This document shows, piece after piece, positions 23,601 through 35,600 of a DNA stretch of 64,000 nt. The stretch covers positions 23,126,001 to 23,190,000 of the forward strand of contig OZ076412.1 in NCBI GenBank assembly GCA_964187785.1, given 5' to 3'. The translations under genes were made by a program, and so were the position numbers. The first letter of the stretch is position 1. The number at the start of each line of letters is the position of its first letter. This DNA comes from Amphiscolops sp. MND2022. Its lineage: Eukaryota. The notes under the pieces were generated by a model. It did no database searches and had not been told where the DNA came from. It was given only the letters and a program-made list of their open reading frames with translations.

Positions 23601-26600
23601 CTGTTTTAACACTTCCTGCAAAAGAAGGCTCTGATTTCTTCATATTAATGTCTTCATAAAATTCAGGTCTGAAACAACCAAAAATTGTATAGGAAGACCC
23701 CTAAGTTTTCTCCGCCCTAGAATATTAGCAACTTTTAACTGAATTAATGTAAAAGATAGGATTATGTCGGCATCAATTATTTTATTGGAACGAAATATCA
23801 GCGCATATTATTTCCCCCCGCGGCCGCCTGAGGGGCGGTTCAACAAGAAACATGGTCGCAATTATTTACTAATGAAAATTAGTAATTTCCTTCTGATGGT
23901 TCCGATTGTCTGTGTAAACCACTGTTCTTCTTACAAGGACAAGATGTTGTGCAGAAAATGGAAAAATTATACGTGAAATGAAAGTAACATCCAAATTGGA
24001 CAATTGTTTTGATGCGAGTCAGTAAAAAGTTGAAGTTTGGAAATTTTAAAAAGTAGCAAAGGGTTACTATCTGAATGAATTTTTGGTTAAAGCTCGATGT
24101 TCTGGGAGGTTTCAATAATAATTTTAGTGGCGTCATTTTAGGAGACGAAAAAATTTTCGACCACTTATGCACTCGCACCCAAAGGTGCACCTGCGTGCGC
24201 AATGACATTAAATCGTATGACTGGGATCTCAGAAAGATAGCCAAAATTAGTCCAAAAATGACCAAATGACAAAAAAGTACGTGATTTGTTTTTTCAATAG
24301 TTGAACCGTTTCCAACTCCTTTACCGCATACGCCGCTCTGATTACTATGTGTAACTTTGAACTACTTCCAAATTGTGAACTGAGGAAATACTTAGTTCAG
24401 TGAATTGTTTGTTCCAACTGAATTCGTTTATTTTATTCCAATGTTAACATAATTTCGATGATCCCTTCATTGCTGGTAGAATGATAGCAGTATGTGACAT
24501 TTCTGCTGACCCTAATGGCTCTGTGGAGTTTACAGATGTATGCACTACCATAGACCAGCCATTTGCTATGTACGACAGAAATGCTGATCGACACGACAAG
24601 TAAGGCACATGCAAATTTTGTTCATTCAAGTTTTTGAAAGATTCAAATATCTTCACTGATACATATACCATGAAACTAATTCTTCAGTAGTCAAAATCCG
24701 TGGAAAAACTTTGTTGTGAATTTGGTTTAAAAACGCAGCTGGGAGTATTTATTTCCTTTCAAATAAGTTTGTGCGATTTTTTAGTCGGTGTTTTGAGCGA
24801 AGACTAAATAAAATCGCCAGACAATTACTCACTTTTCCAAGACAGGCTTACACCCGATTTAATCGGATAGGGTGGCCACTCCAGTTTTTTCCACATTTAT
24901 TGAATGACACTGTACGAGACCGGAGAAGCCCCCGTTTAGGTTATTTTCTCGGCACTACGATTTTTTTCGAAAGCTTTATTCCCCCCAAGGGCGCCTTTTG
25001 TTTTTTTTACTTGTTTCTGGTTGTAAGCACAAAGGGTTCTCTTTAAATACTTTTCGGCAGTATTATTCGCCTAAATAACGCCCCTAGACTTACTTGAACA
25101 CTTTTTTGCGCTGTGTGAGCATTCGTTTTGGGCTGTTCTTGACTTGTTTCTTGAAGTGAATGAATGATGAAGTCACTGCAGTGAAATGGTAATAGTTTCT
25201 GTTTTTGTAATGATCATTGTTGTAATGCTTATTGTTTTGTTGGTAGCGTGGCTGGCGAAGGTGTGCTTGTGTGTTCCATCGACAACATGCCTGCACAGAT
25301 CCCCACAAAGGCCACTGAGTACTTCGGGGGACTGCTCGCACCCTACATCCCCGAACTCCTCACCTCAAACGCAGCCACACCCTTCAAAGATTGGAACCCC
25401 TCGCCAGTCATCAAAAACGTACGTACGTTCAATGGTCAACCTTGATTGCAATGATCAATTAGGTAGATTTTTAGCCGTGGCTTATGGCGAAGGTTGATAG
25501 GGAAAATTTGTGTTCCCGTCAGGGATGGTAAAATATCCGATATTTTAAAAAAATCAATAATATCCGATATTATTAATTTTGAGCCCGATATTTTTGATAT
25601 TAATGATATTTTTGATATTTTAAAAAAAACCGGTTGTTTCAAAAAAATGAATTATATTCATTTCTTACAAATGTTTCAATCAACATTTTTATTTAATATC
25701 TTGAAGTAAAACAAAAGTTTTGCAGCCTTTTCGTTGCCCAGGCGATTCCGTTGTTCATCGTGAATCCATCCGAAAGTCGAGAAAAGTCTTTCAAGAGGCG
25801 CAGTACTTGGTGAGCTGGATACTTTTCCCAAACATCGGCCGATTTACGACCAGGTGCCATGTCTATATCTAAAAAATATCAAAATCTGATATTAATTGAA
25901 ATAATATGATATAAATCATGATATAAATCAATGATACATCCCATGATATATCTCCCATCCCTGGTTCCCGCAAAGCAATGATTTGCTCGAATTTACTTTA
26001 TAATTGGTTTGATTTTTTTGCGCTTCCTCAAGATGAAGTTTTGAAAGTCATACGAGATTTTTGTTAATTTGGACTTCTGTAAAAAATTCACGTACGGGGA
26101 TAGAAAATGGCACAATCATATGGCGCTCTGATTGTACAGTTTTGCCGCATGCGATGTCGATCAAATTAAATAGTGGTAATGCGAAGAGCGAAGCCATGTA
26201 TGATCCTGCTATGTGCTCAATTCTTTTCAAGTCGCTCAAATGTATCCTTCTCAACATGCTCAATGTGTTCATTTTGATAGAAACTTTGAAAAGTTGAGCA
26301 TTTTTCTAGAGCGCTGGTGTTTGGGAGTTGAAAACTATCGAATGAACTAAACAGAACATCCTTCGGTTGTCATATATCATATCCCCCGTGCAAACAGAAG
26401 TTGAAAATGTCAAATTTGGAGAATTCAATTCAATTATGCTTTTTTCCCAAGGATGCTATTTGGTGTTTGTCTTGAACTGCTTTTCAAGACCAGGTCAACA
26501 CCATTGATAAATAAAATAGTGATAAAATCGACTTCAAACGTTTTGTTTCTCGCCGTTAACTCGGGGCGGAAAAATTGTAGAAGATCTTATGCAATAAGTT

Positions 26601-29600
26601 TTTCATTGCAGGCTTTGTGGTATGTATTCAGTCACCGTAACTGTCGACTGGTATCAATGTTCTGAAACATATATACTCAGTGTCTGTTGTCAATGTCTAA
26701 TTTTGTTGAACACACTACAAATATTGTCTGTCTCCATTCTCGCGGTTTCAGATTCAGTAGAAAAAAATGTAGCCCTCTCTTTTACATTTTACAAATTGAT
26801 ATGGTCAGTGCTTTAAGATTGACTTTACATTGACTAACAAATTTTCCTTGCCGTGGTAAAATTTAAGTATTCTGGTTGATGCCCCTATTTGCCGGAGGTG
26901 GGGTGTACTAATAGTAGAAGGCCTCATTGAGTAATTTGACATTTCGTTTTGATAAGAGGTAGATTTTAACTTGCAGGGGACGGCCCAAGTCGGCACCCCG
27001 CTAACGGTTCAAAAGAGTAAAGTTTTTCAAATGTACAAAAGGACAGTATTGTTGAATTTTTTTTACATTTTTACTGTGCCGAAAAATAACCGAAAGGATA
27101 CGCATAAGACTCGAAAACAACTTTTCCCCAACGAACCACAAAAGTCCGTCTTTCTGAAAATTATTTCCCTTCGAACATTTTTTTAAAAAGTCTCGTAGTG
27201 CCGATAATTGAACTGAAACTCGCAAAACGCTTTTTTCAAGCCGACAACATTCATGATTGTAAAGGGAGTACACTTTGACCAAGCAAAATTTTCGGAAAAA
27301 ATTCCCACAGTGCTGAAAAACACCGTAGGTATTTTTCAAAATTATTGAGAAAACTCTCATCAGTTCCGCAGCACCAAAACAATAATCAATAACGTCTCCC
27401 TTGGGACTCAGAAAACCTTAAACCTCAGAGCAGAAAACCTCAAAAAAAATTGAAAAATAAGTTCACAAAAATGTTTATATGAATAATCGATAAGTCGCAT
27501 TGTGCCGAAAAAAACCTAAGACGGCCCTCTATTTTCGCCGCTTTTTTCCTGCTAAAATCAGAAAGGGGCACTTCGTTTGAAAAAAAAACTGCTGTGAAAA
27601 AGTCACAGTACCGAAAAAGTCTAACGTTGGTTTCCCCTCTATTTTTGCAAATATAAAAAAAACTGGTTTAGTCCGAGACTCGCACCGTCGTAGTCCTGCT
27701 TTTCAGTCCCCGTCACAGGACCGGAAATCTGAGTTAATGTTTCTGTTCGCTGGTCTTGAAAGAGAAACGAAATTATATAACGCAACCTCCACCTCCTCCT
27801 TAGTAAAACGCAATATAGTTTGGATGTAACGTCAAAATTTGAATATAGCGCAATATTTTTGAACCTCTACCTCCTCTTTAGTGAATGCAAAGCACAAAAA
27901 GTTTCTGGCTGAAACAGGGACTCGAACCCGCGACCGCTTGGTTCCCAATAAACCGATTAATATCTACATCAAAAAGTGGTACATACAGAGTCTGACTAGT
28001 TTTCCTTCGTTTTAAACATACAATCCGGTCAAAGTTTCTGAAATGATCTACTTTCAGTCTATGTTCTAAACAGGACCAAAGTTTTTAAAGGTCGTTCCTT
28101 TCTTTTTTCTTCGGATTCCAATTAATTCTCTATATTTCTGGCATTGTTTTCGAAACTGGTAATGGTAATAACACTCGCTACGGATTTTTTATGTTTTTAT
28201 TTGGAAAAAAGGTCCTAAAAAAGGTTTTATAAAACTTTTTCGTCGTAAGACAACAGAATGTATGCGTAGTGGTCACTTTCTCAGCACTTCTAAACCACTG
28301 GACCGTCTAAGTTTACACAAAAAGTCTTCCCTCTTTTTTTCCATTTTAACGTAACATACAAAATCGAACGAGTCTATAGGGTCCCCTCTTTCGTTTTCGG
28401 CTCTGTGTGACTTTTTTGTCGAAAATTTAATAATGTCACCAAAGGGCCTTTTGAATTGTTTGATTTTGCAACAAATTGAATGGTAAAAAGCCTAAATGGT
28501 CCCTCTTTTACATTTACCGGCATTTTGAGACTTTTCAAAATGATCATTTTCGGCTTAAAATTAGGTTTTCTCAGTGGCCCAGCACGCTATATCCGAAGTT
28601 TTGACGTTATATTCGAAGTATATTGCGTTTAACTAAGGAGAAAGCGGAGGTTCGAAAATTTTGCGCTAGATCCGAATTTTGTTTTAAGACTCGTTTTTCG
28701 GTACTATGCTACTTTTTTGTAGTTGTTTTCATCGACGCCCCCCCTCGATTTTTACTAGGAAGAAAGCGTTTTGCGAGCATAGAGGACTCCTTAGGATTTT
28801 CGGCACTATGCGACTTACCGGAGACATTTTTGGAAAAAAAATTCGATTTTTTTGCAATCTTTTGTTTCTTTAGAGGTTTTCGGTTGAGCAAAACTTTTCC
28901 CAGTTTTAAGGGTAACCTGTGATTATTTTTAGTCCTGTCGGACTGATGAGTGTTTTCGCAACAATTGTGCAAAAGACCTTCGGCTTTTTTTCGGCACTTT
29001 GTGACTTTTCGAAACAGTTGTCTTTCGGTAAAATGGTGCCCTCATTCACTTTTTACAAAGTTTTTGGCTTGAAAAAAAACGTTTTGCGACTTCTCTGGAC
29101 TCCTCTGGGTTTTCGGTACTGCGAGACTTTTTCCGAAGAAAAAAATCTATTTTTTCCCAAAAAGTGGGTTTTTGTTGTTTCCAGTTTGAGAAAAAGCGGT
29201 TTTCGAGTCTTTTGCCTATCCCATCGGGTAGTTTTTGGCACTGTAAAATTGAATAAATTTAGCAATAATCCTGAGCATATCTCTAACTTGGCGCTTTTTG
29301 AACCTTACGTATAGCGCCTACTTTAGACGTTCCCGCTTGTTAGTTTCCATGAACCTATTGTTTTAGAAATTTGTGACTGATTTTCTCCAACTAGTTTTCT
29401 TATCAATACATAAATAAATTCTCCGATTTGTTTGTTATTAATTGATCTTTTGAGTGATGTTTCTTAGTATGAAATTTTAATCTGTAAATTGCCAAATTTT
29501 TCATTTCATGTGACCTTGAAGGCCCATCTGAGAACAATTAAATGTTTTCGCCCGACTAACAGCAGTTTTTTTGCATGTGTTTGCGAAGCTAGGCTTCGCC

Positions 29601-32600
29601 TCTGTGTCTAACTATCTTATCAGTTAAGTTACATACATTTCATTGATATGACTACATCGAATGCAAAATATCCCAAAAGTTTTCACTTTTGTTCTTATGT
29701 AGAAGATTAGTTCTTTCATCAAACAAATTATATCACGAGATTTGGATGCCCCCTGTGTAAACTGTTAACACTTCTTTTTTAGGATTCAAATTTTAGGACT
29801 GTTTCGAGAAATCTGCAGGAAATTGAAAATGTACCTCAGCAAATTTTCAGTGACTTTTTATCCCAAAAAATTATATGGAATTGACAGTTTTACATTTTGA
29901 ATTTTTGCCAATGTAGAGAAATATTAATGAGCCTCAAAGCGGCCGATTTTCTTTGTGACATCAAGGCAAGCGCTGATACGAGTATTAGTTTTCACCTTTT
30001 ACCGTCAGAAGCTACGCGAGACCGACCACCTTCGGCAAATAAGTCACCTTAGGTTATTGTCTGAGATCCTCGTGAAGTTTTGTCTCTGTATGAAATTGTT
30101 CCGTAGTCCACGGTGACTTGTTGTCTCACCTTAGACCGTCGCAACCTTAAGCTATGCCTTGTATAAACTCTGTGGGTTATAGTGACAAATAAAAACAAGA
30201 CAATGCTTCTCTCTCCGAGCGCCCTTTCTTTAATGTTGGCATTCCTTGATAGAACATTAACTTTTCCTCTGGAGGTGTTGGCGAGAAAAACTTCACGAAA
30301 ACAGTTTAGCTGAGGTTGGAAGAATTTTTATCAAGAGATTGTATTCAAAAACGCAACTTTTTTTCAGTTCTGCAACTGATACAGGTGAAGTAAGTAGGTA
30401 TATAATCTGTGTTTAATATCGGTGTATACTCTGGTTGAAGTTGAAGAATTATTGGTACTAAAATTTATGCTAATTGTCCCAAACATAGCTCATTGAAAAA
30501 TTGCTTTTGCATTTGCTTGAAAAAGTTGGTGCAATAATGTTTTGTTTCTGCGGAAATGAATGAAACTGAAGAAATATTAAAAACAATCTGTGCACCTTCA
30601 TTACACACAAATCGCAGTCCGCTCATAGTTGAATAAGAGTCGGGATTTTCTTCGAAAACGCCGACTAAAAATCGTTAAGTCCTTCAACATGCAGAAAAGC
30701 TGTTTTTGAGAAAATTCACAAGATCTCCTGTTACTGATTAAAAAATCCGAAGGCTTTTGGTAATAGAAAATATTGAGAAAGGTGAACCTCGTTTAGAAAA
30801 ATTGTTTTCAAAAAAGGCTGATGAAAACAAAATTACTAATTTTGCTGGTAGTCGCAATAAAAACGCTCATGATAAAATGTATATCACCGATGAAGCTTTT
30901 TCTGATTATTATTTTCACTTGATCAATCACCCAGTTCTTCACTTGATCAATCACCCAGTTCTTCACTTGATCAATCACACTTTCCCGAAAAGAAACCTCC
31001 TGTGTCTGAGAGAATCTGGGCACAAATCTTATCACATATCGAAAACTCTGGCAATATCTGGCATGAAGACTCCTATTTGGCTTTTGACGATGTGAAATGT
31101 TTTGTTTTCAGGCCGTGATTTGCTCGAATGGGAAGTTGACAAAGCCTTACGAGTATATAGCCACGCTTCGTCAACACAAACAGTGAGTTCACGCATACTT
31201 CGATACAACTAAAAAGATTACAGATTGTCCAGTTGAAAAAAGCCGGAGAAAAAGTTGCTTTTTTGCTATATCCTTCGATAATCTTCGCGGCATAGCATCG
31301 ACTGATTTCGCTTATTCAAAATCCATGCCCTCGTCATCTTTATATCATTTAATGGAATATCTTCAAGAAGCCTTTCAAGTTATAAACCGCATACGTAGTG
31401 GCTAAATGTACTTGGGTAACTTCTGAAATGATAATGCCCACATAGCTTGAAAGTCTAACTTCATTTGGCCCCAAAAAAGTTCAGAAAGTTACTAACCCAT
31501 GTTGTTCAATTATATGAACATTTCCCCATTTGAGGTGAATAAAAGCTCTGGAAAAAACGGGTTCTCAATTCAACATGTTTCAGAAATTTTTAAGTTGATT
31601 AGAGATGCAGTCCTAGTTTTTTGCTTTACTGCATTTATAACTAACAGGCCAACTTCAATTTATGGTATTTGTACAATTAACTTCTAGTTATATTCAACGG
31701 TTAATTATTCCACTTTAATGTTACAGATTGAAGCAGTTAGTAGCTATTCTTAAACTCCTCCCAAAGCGCACTTCTAAAATTACTTTCTGATTCCAATACC
31801 AAGTTTTTTTACTAAACGTCTTTCTCTAATACTACAGACACAGGTGATTCAGCGAGATACCAACAATCTCAAAACAATAAACTTTGACTCCAAAAATGCC
31901 ATAGACGTTTGAATACCCTGTGTATTCCACACCTTTCTGCTTTAATTAATATCCTTCTATGAAACTTTTCGTAGCGCAATTGTTTTGAAACTGCTAGTTA
32001 TCAAAAATTGAAATTACACTAAGGTACCAAAAACTAAAGACACTCGATTTTTATTATTTCTGCGATAGCAGGAATAATATTAACCCTCTTCTGCATTTTG
32101 TTACCTAAATGTAACAAAGCCGCGGATCTATTTTCAGCCACGCACACAACAATTCATCTTACAAACATTGCGTCATCATCACATGTGAATAAATTCCGAG
32201 CTGTGAAGCTGCAATCTGATTGGTTCCGAAATCCAAAAAATCAACAGAGTAGACATTTATGTGTATGTAGCCTAAATGTAACATTGTGCAAAGTTGCATA
32301 TTTCTTAATTCTACCGGCAGTGTGTACACAAAAAAAAACGAAAAAATGATACTTATCTCTGCTTGACATCCAGCAAAAACTGTTTTACGGACTTTCATAC
32401 GAAATAATTTGTAAACTCTCGTTTTCAGATGCGAAAAGTGCAAATTTTGGTCGAAATGAAATAAATGTGATTCACACTGTTTTCGTTTACCAGTATAGTG
32501 TTACATTTAGGTAACATACTGAAAATCTATATTGAGATTTCTAGTCTGAAAAAACTTCATAACCATATGAGAAAATGGTCTACCACCTGCTAGTTGAAAG

Positions 32601-35600
32601 GGTCAAATAATTTTTTTTCGATGGTTTTCAATATTCATGCAGAAGAGGGTTAAATCTCAACAATTCAACTTTTTTAGTTCAATTTTTGTCGTGATTTTGA
32701 GTACAGTACTGTGATTAAGAAAACGTCCCCCGGGCGATTTCAGGCTCGATTTTCTCAAAATCGGTCGAGAATTTTGAAAAACATCAGATATAAAACTTTC
32801 TTAGAATTTCATGTAGTTTACATTAGTGTTTTTTAAATTTTTCTGGGATTAAAATTGAGAAAGTCACAAATAGCTGATTTTGAGCAAATTTAGGACTTTT
32901 TGCCGTTTTTCCGATTTTTGACCGCTTTATCCACACTTGTTTTGGCAAGTTTTATGCTCAATTAACTTCCACAAATCTACTGAATTAATTGATGTATTTT
33001 GATTTCAAAATAGATCAACCGTTTCCAAATTATCAGGCTCAAAATGTAAAATTTCCTAAATTTACGTGAATTTCATTTGATGCGCCAATCAGAATTGAAA
33101 GTGAGACCAAATAAACAATTTTGATTGGTTGAGAACGTCATAGGAGGACGATTTCTTAATTACAGTACTGTACTTGCTGAAAAATTTATGCAATTTATTC
33201 GGCAGTGAGTGGTAAGCGTGAGATTTAAATTTAAAGCTTCCCGACAACAATTCGTTTCTTGTGCGATGGAACGAGCGAGTTGTAATTATGCATCCGTACG
33301 CCGAATTCATTGAGATAAAGCGGCGGTGTGAACTGGTAGATTGATTAACTGTGCGCTATATAAATGATTAAGATATGCTTCTATTATTGAACATGAAAGC
33401 CTAAAAGCAGAAATAATACTGTCACGGAGCGGCCTATTTTAGAAGATCAATATCTTTGAATTTATTATTTCACAAGAATAGTCTCAAGAATGAAAATCTT
33501 GCAAATTTCGATCAGAATTACAACAGTTTTTTTAAATTTCCTAGTCGGATCAAATTTTTATTAATGTAGCAGAAACTATTTTAAGGAGTTTTTAGAATTT
33601 TTCGAACTTTATTGGGCAATGCCTCAAAAACTGGTTAGAAAAAACCGTTTTCTATCTTTTTGTAGCCTTGGCACCGTCCTTAAATTTTCATATTTAACAC
33701 TTCTGAAAATTTTTTCTTGAAAAATGGATGTCGAAAAACCTATATTTTCTTTAAAACAATAATTCGGATTATGTGATCATTTTGCTGTGCAAATTCTTAA
33801 GGAGGTCATTTTCAGAAAACATCTCAATGTCAAAAGTTAGACATCCGAATCAAAGGTACAAAGTTTCTTTCAGGCATTTTTTTGCTCCGAACAGCAGTTC
33901 TCAAGATATTGCATGATAAATTTCACAAAAATGATAAAAGTTGAAAAGAAGCTAAGTGATGTAACTTTTGTAGTTTCTGTTCGATTTCAAAACAAATTAT
34001 ACCGCTGTAATTCTGATTGAAATGTTGTGGAAAACTTTTCACCTGGAACTTTTGTGTCAATTGAATATGTGATTTTTTATTGCTGTTTGATATTTTTTGT
34101 GAGTGAAGCTAAGTTTCACGAAGTTCATCTACGGATCTCATTACTTTTCAGCAAGGGCGGATTTGAAGGGGTTGCGGGAAGGGCTTGAGACCCCCCCCAT
34201 TCAAATGGAACTAATTTGAATAACAAGATGATGAAAAATAATGCCATGGCGAGGTTTTTCTCAGGAATTCATCTTGACACTTCGACTACTGAAGTCCTAT
34301 TTGAGAAGCAGGATGGGCCAAGAAAACCTTACAACTATGGCATTAATTGACGTGCATAAAAACGTTGAAATAGCTAGATTTGGCGTGAAAAATAGAAGAC
34401 TTGATTTCTGAATTCATGTTTCTAAAGTGTTGCCAAAGGACCCTGTAAAATTTTTTTGAGTCCGCCATTGGTTTTCAGGGTTGGCCAATATAAAACATGG
34501 GTGTTTTAAAACACGTTTTAAAAGTTTTTACACTTTTCTTTTGAATGAAATGCAATCCAATCAAAGATTATTTTTATTTCATGTAAATGAAATCAATGCA
34601 GACAGGCAAGTAAGTGTCAAAATGAGTAATTTTATAAAATATCAAGTGAATATGAAAGCCTATCCTGAATAATTGCTGGAATTGGTACTCGGAATGGTAA
34701 GAGGTATTAATACCAGAGGTCGAAAGACCAGAGGTCATAAAACCACAGAGTCAAATTACCAGACGGTCAAAATACCAGTTAGAATCGAACGATTGCTTAA
34801 TTTGAGGGCGATGTTTGAATACGCGTCTTGAAATTGACTAGCGTCTTGACTTCAATTAGATTTGCTTGCAAACTTTCTTTAAAGGTTGCCGCTTTTGAAA
34901 CAAAAGTACCAGTTGCATTAGTGATGTCAATTAGACTGTTGTTCGAAAGCGTCCTTTTACACACTAATCAACAATAATTAAGTGTAAACAATGATCTAAA
35001 ACTGAAGCTAAAAATTTAAGGTTGAACTGTCAATCAACCTTCTTTTAATTTGTGGAAATGATAATTGTTCAGCACTAAAATTCTGGTATTTTTGTTGCTT
35101 GTTATAAATTACATTTGAGTTGAATTAGTTCGAATTGATTTTAGCACTAAAATGATTTCAATGCTTTCAGAATCGAAAGTGTTGCAATAATTTTTTATGA
35201 CATGTGATGAAAGGGACCATTCACTAGTTTGTGCTTATCGAGTCGTTGACAATAGTTGCACTAATTAAATAATTAGAAATGAATAATCGATCTCCAAATG
35301 AGTCTTTTTTACGGTATTAGAAAGAAATACTTCGTGGTACATAACTTGGTTTCCTAATCCTCTGGTATTTTGACCGTCTGGTAATTTGACTCTGTGGTTT
35401 TATGATCTATGGTCTTTCGACCTCTGGTATTTTGACTTGCGGTATTTTGACCTGACACCACTCGAAATGGTATGTCTAATGCCTGGTACCGGAGAAATTA
35501 GAAAGATTTTCTCAACAATGGGATTCATCCACTCTGATCTTCGCAACAGCATTGGAGTTCAGAAAGTTAAAAAATATTTTAGTGATGCAATTTTTGAATG

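Noticed and set aside
29955-30260. Possible solo LTR (TATAAA and AATAAA motifs)
   Set aside because: No TG...CA boundary with a matching TSD and no second copy in the window.
30914-30978. CRISPR-like array
   Set aside because: The units are head-to-tail without spacers, in eukaryotic intronic context.
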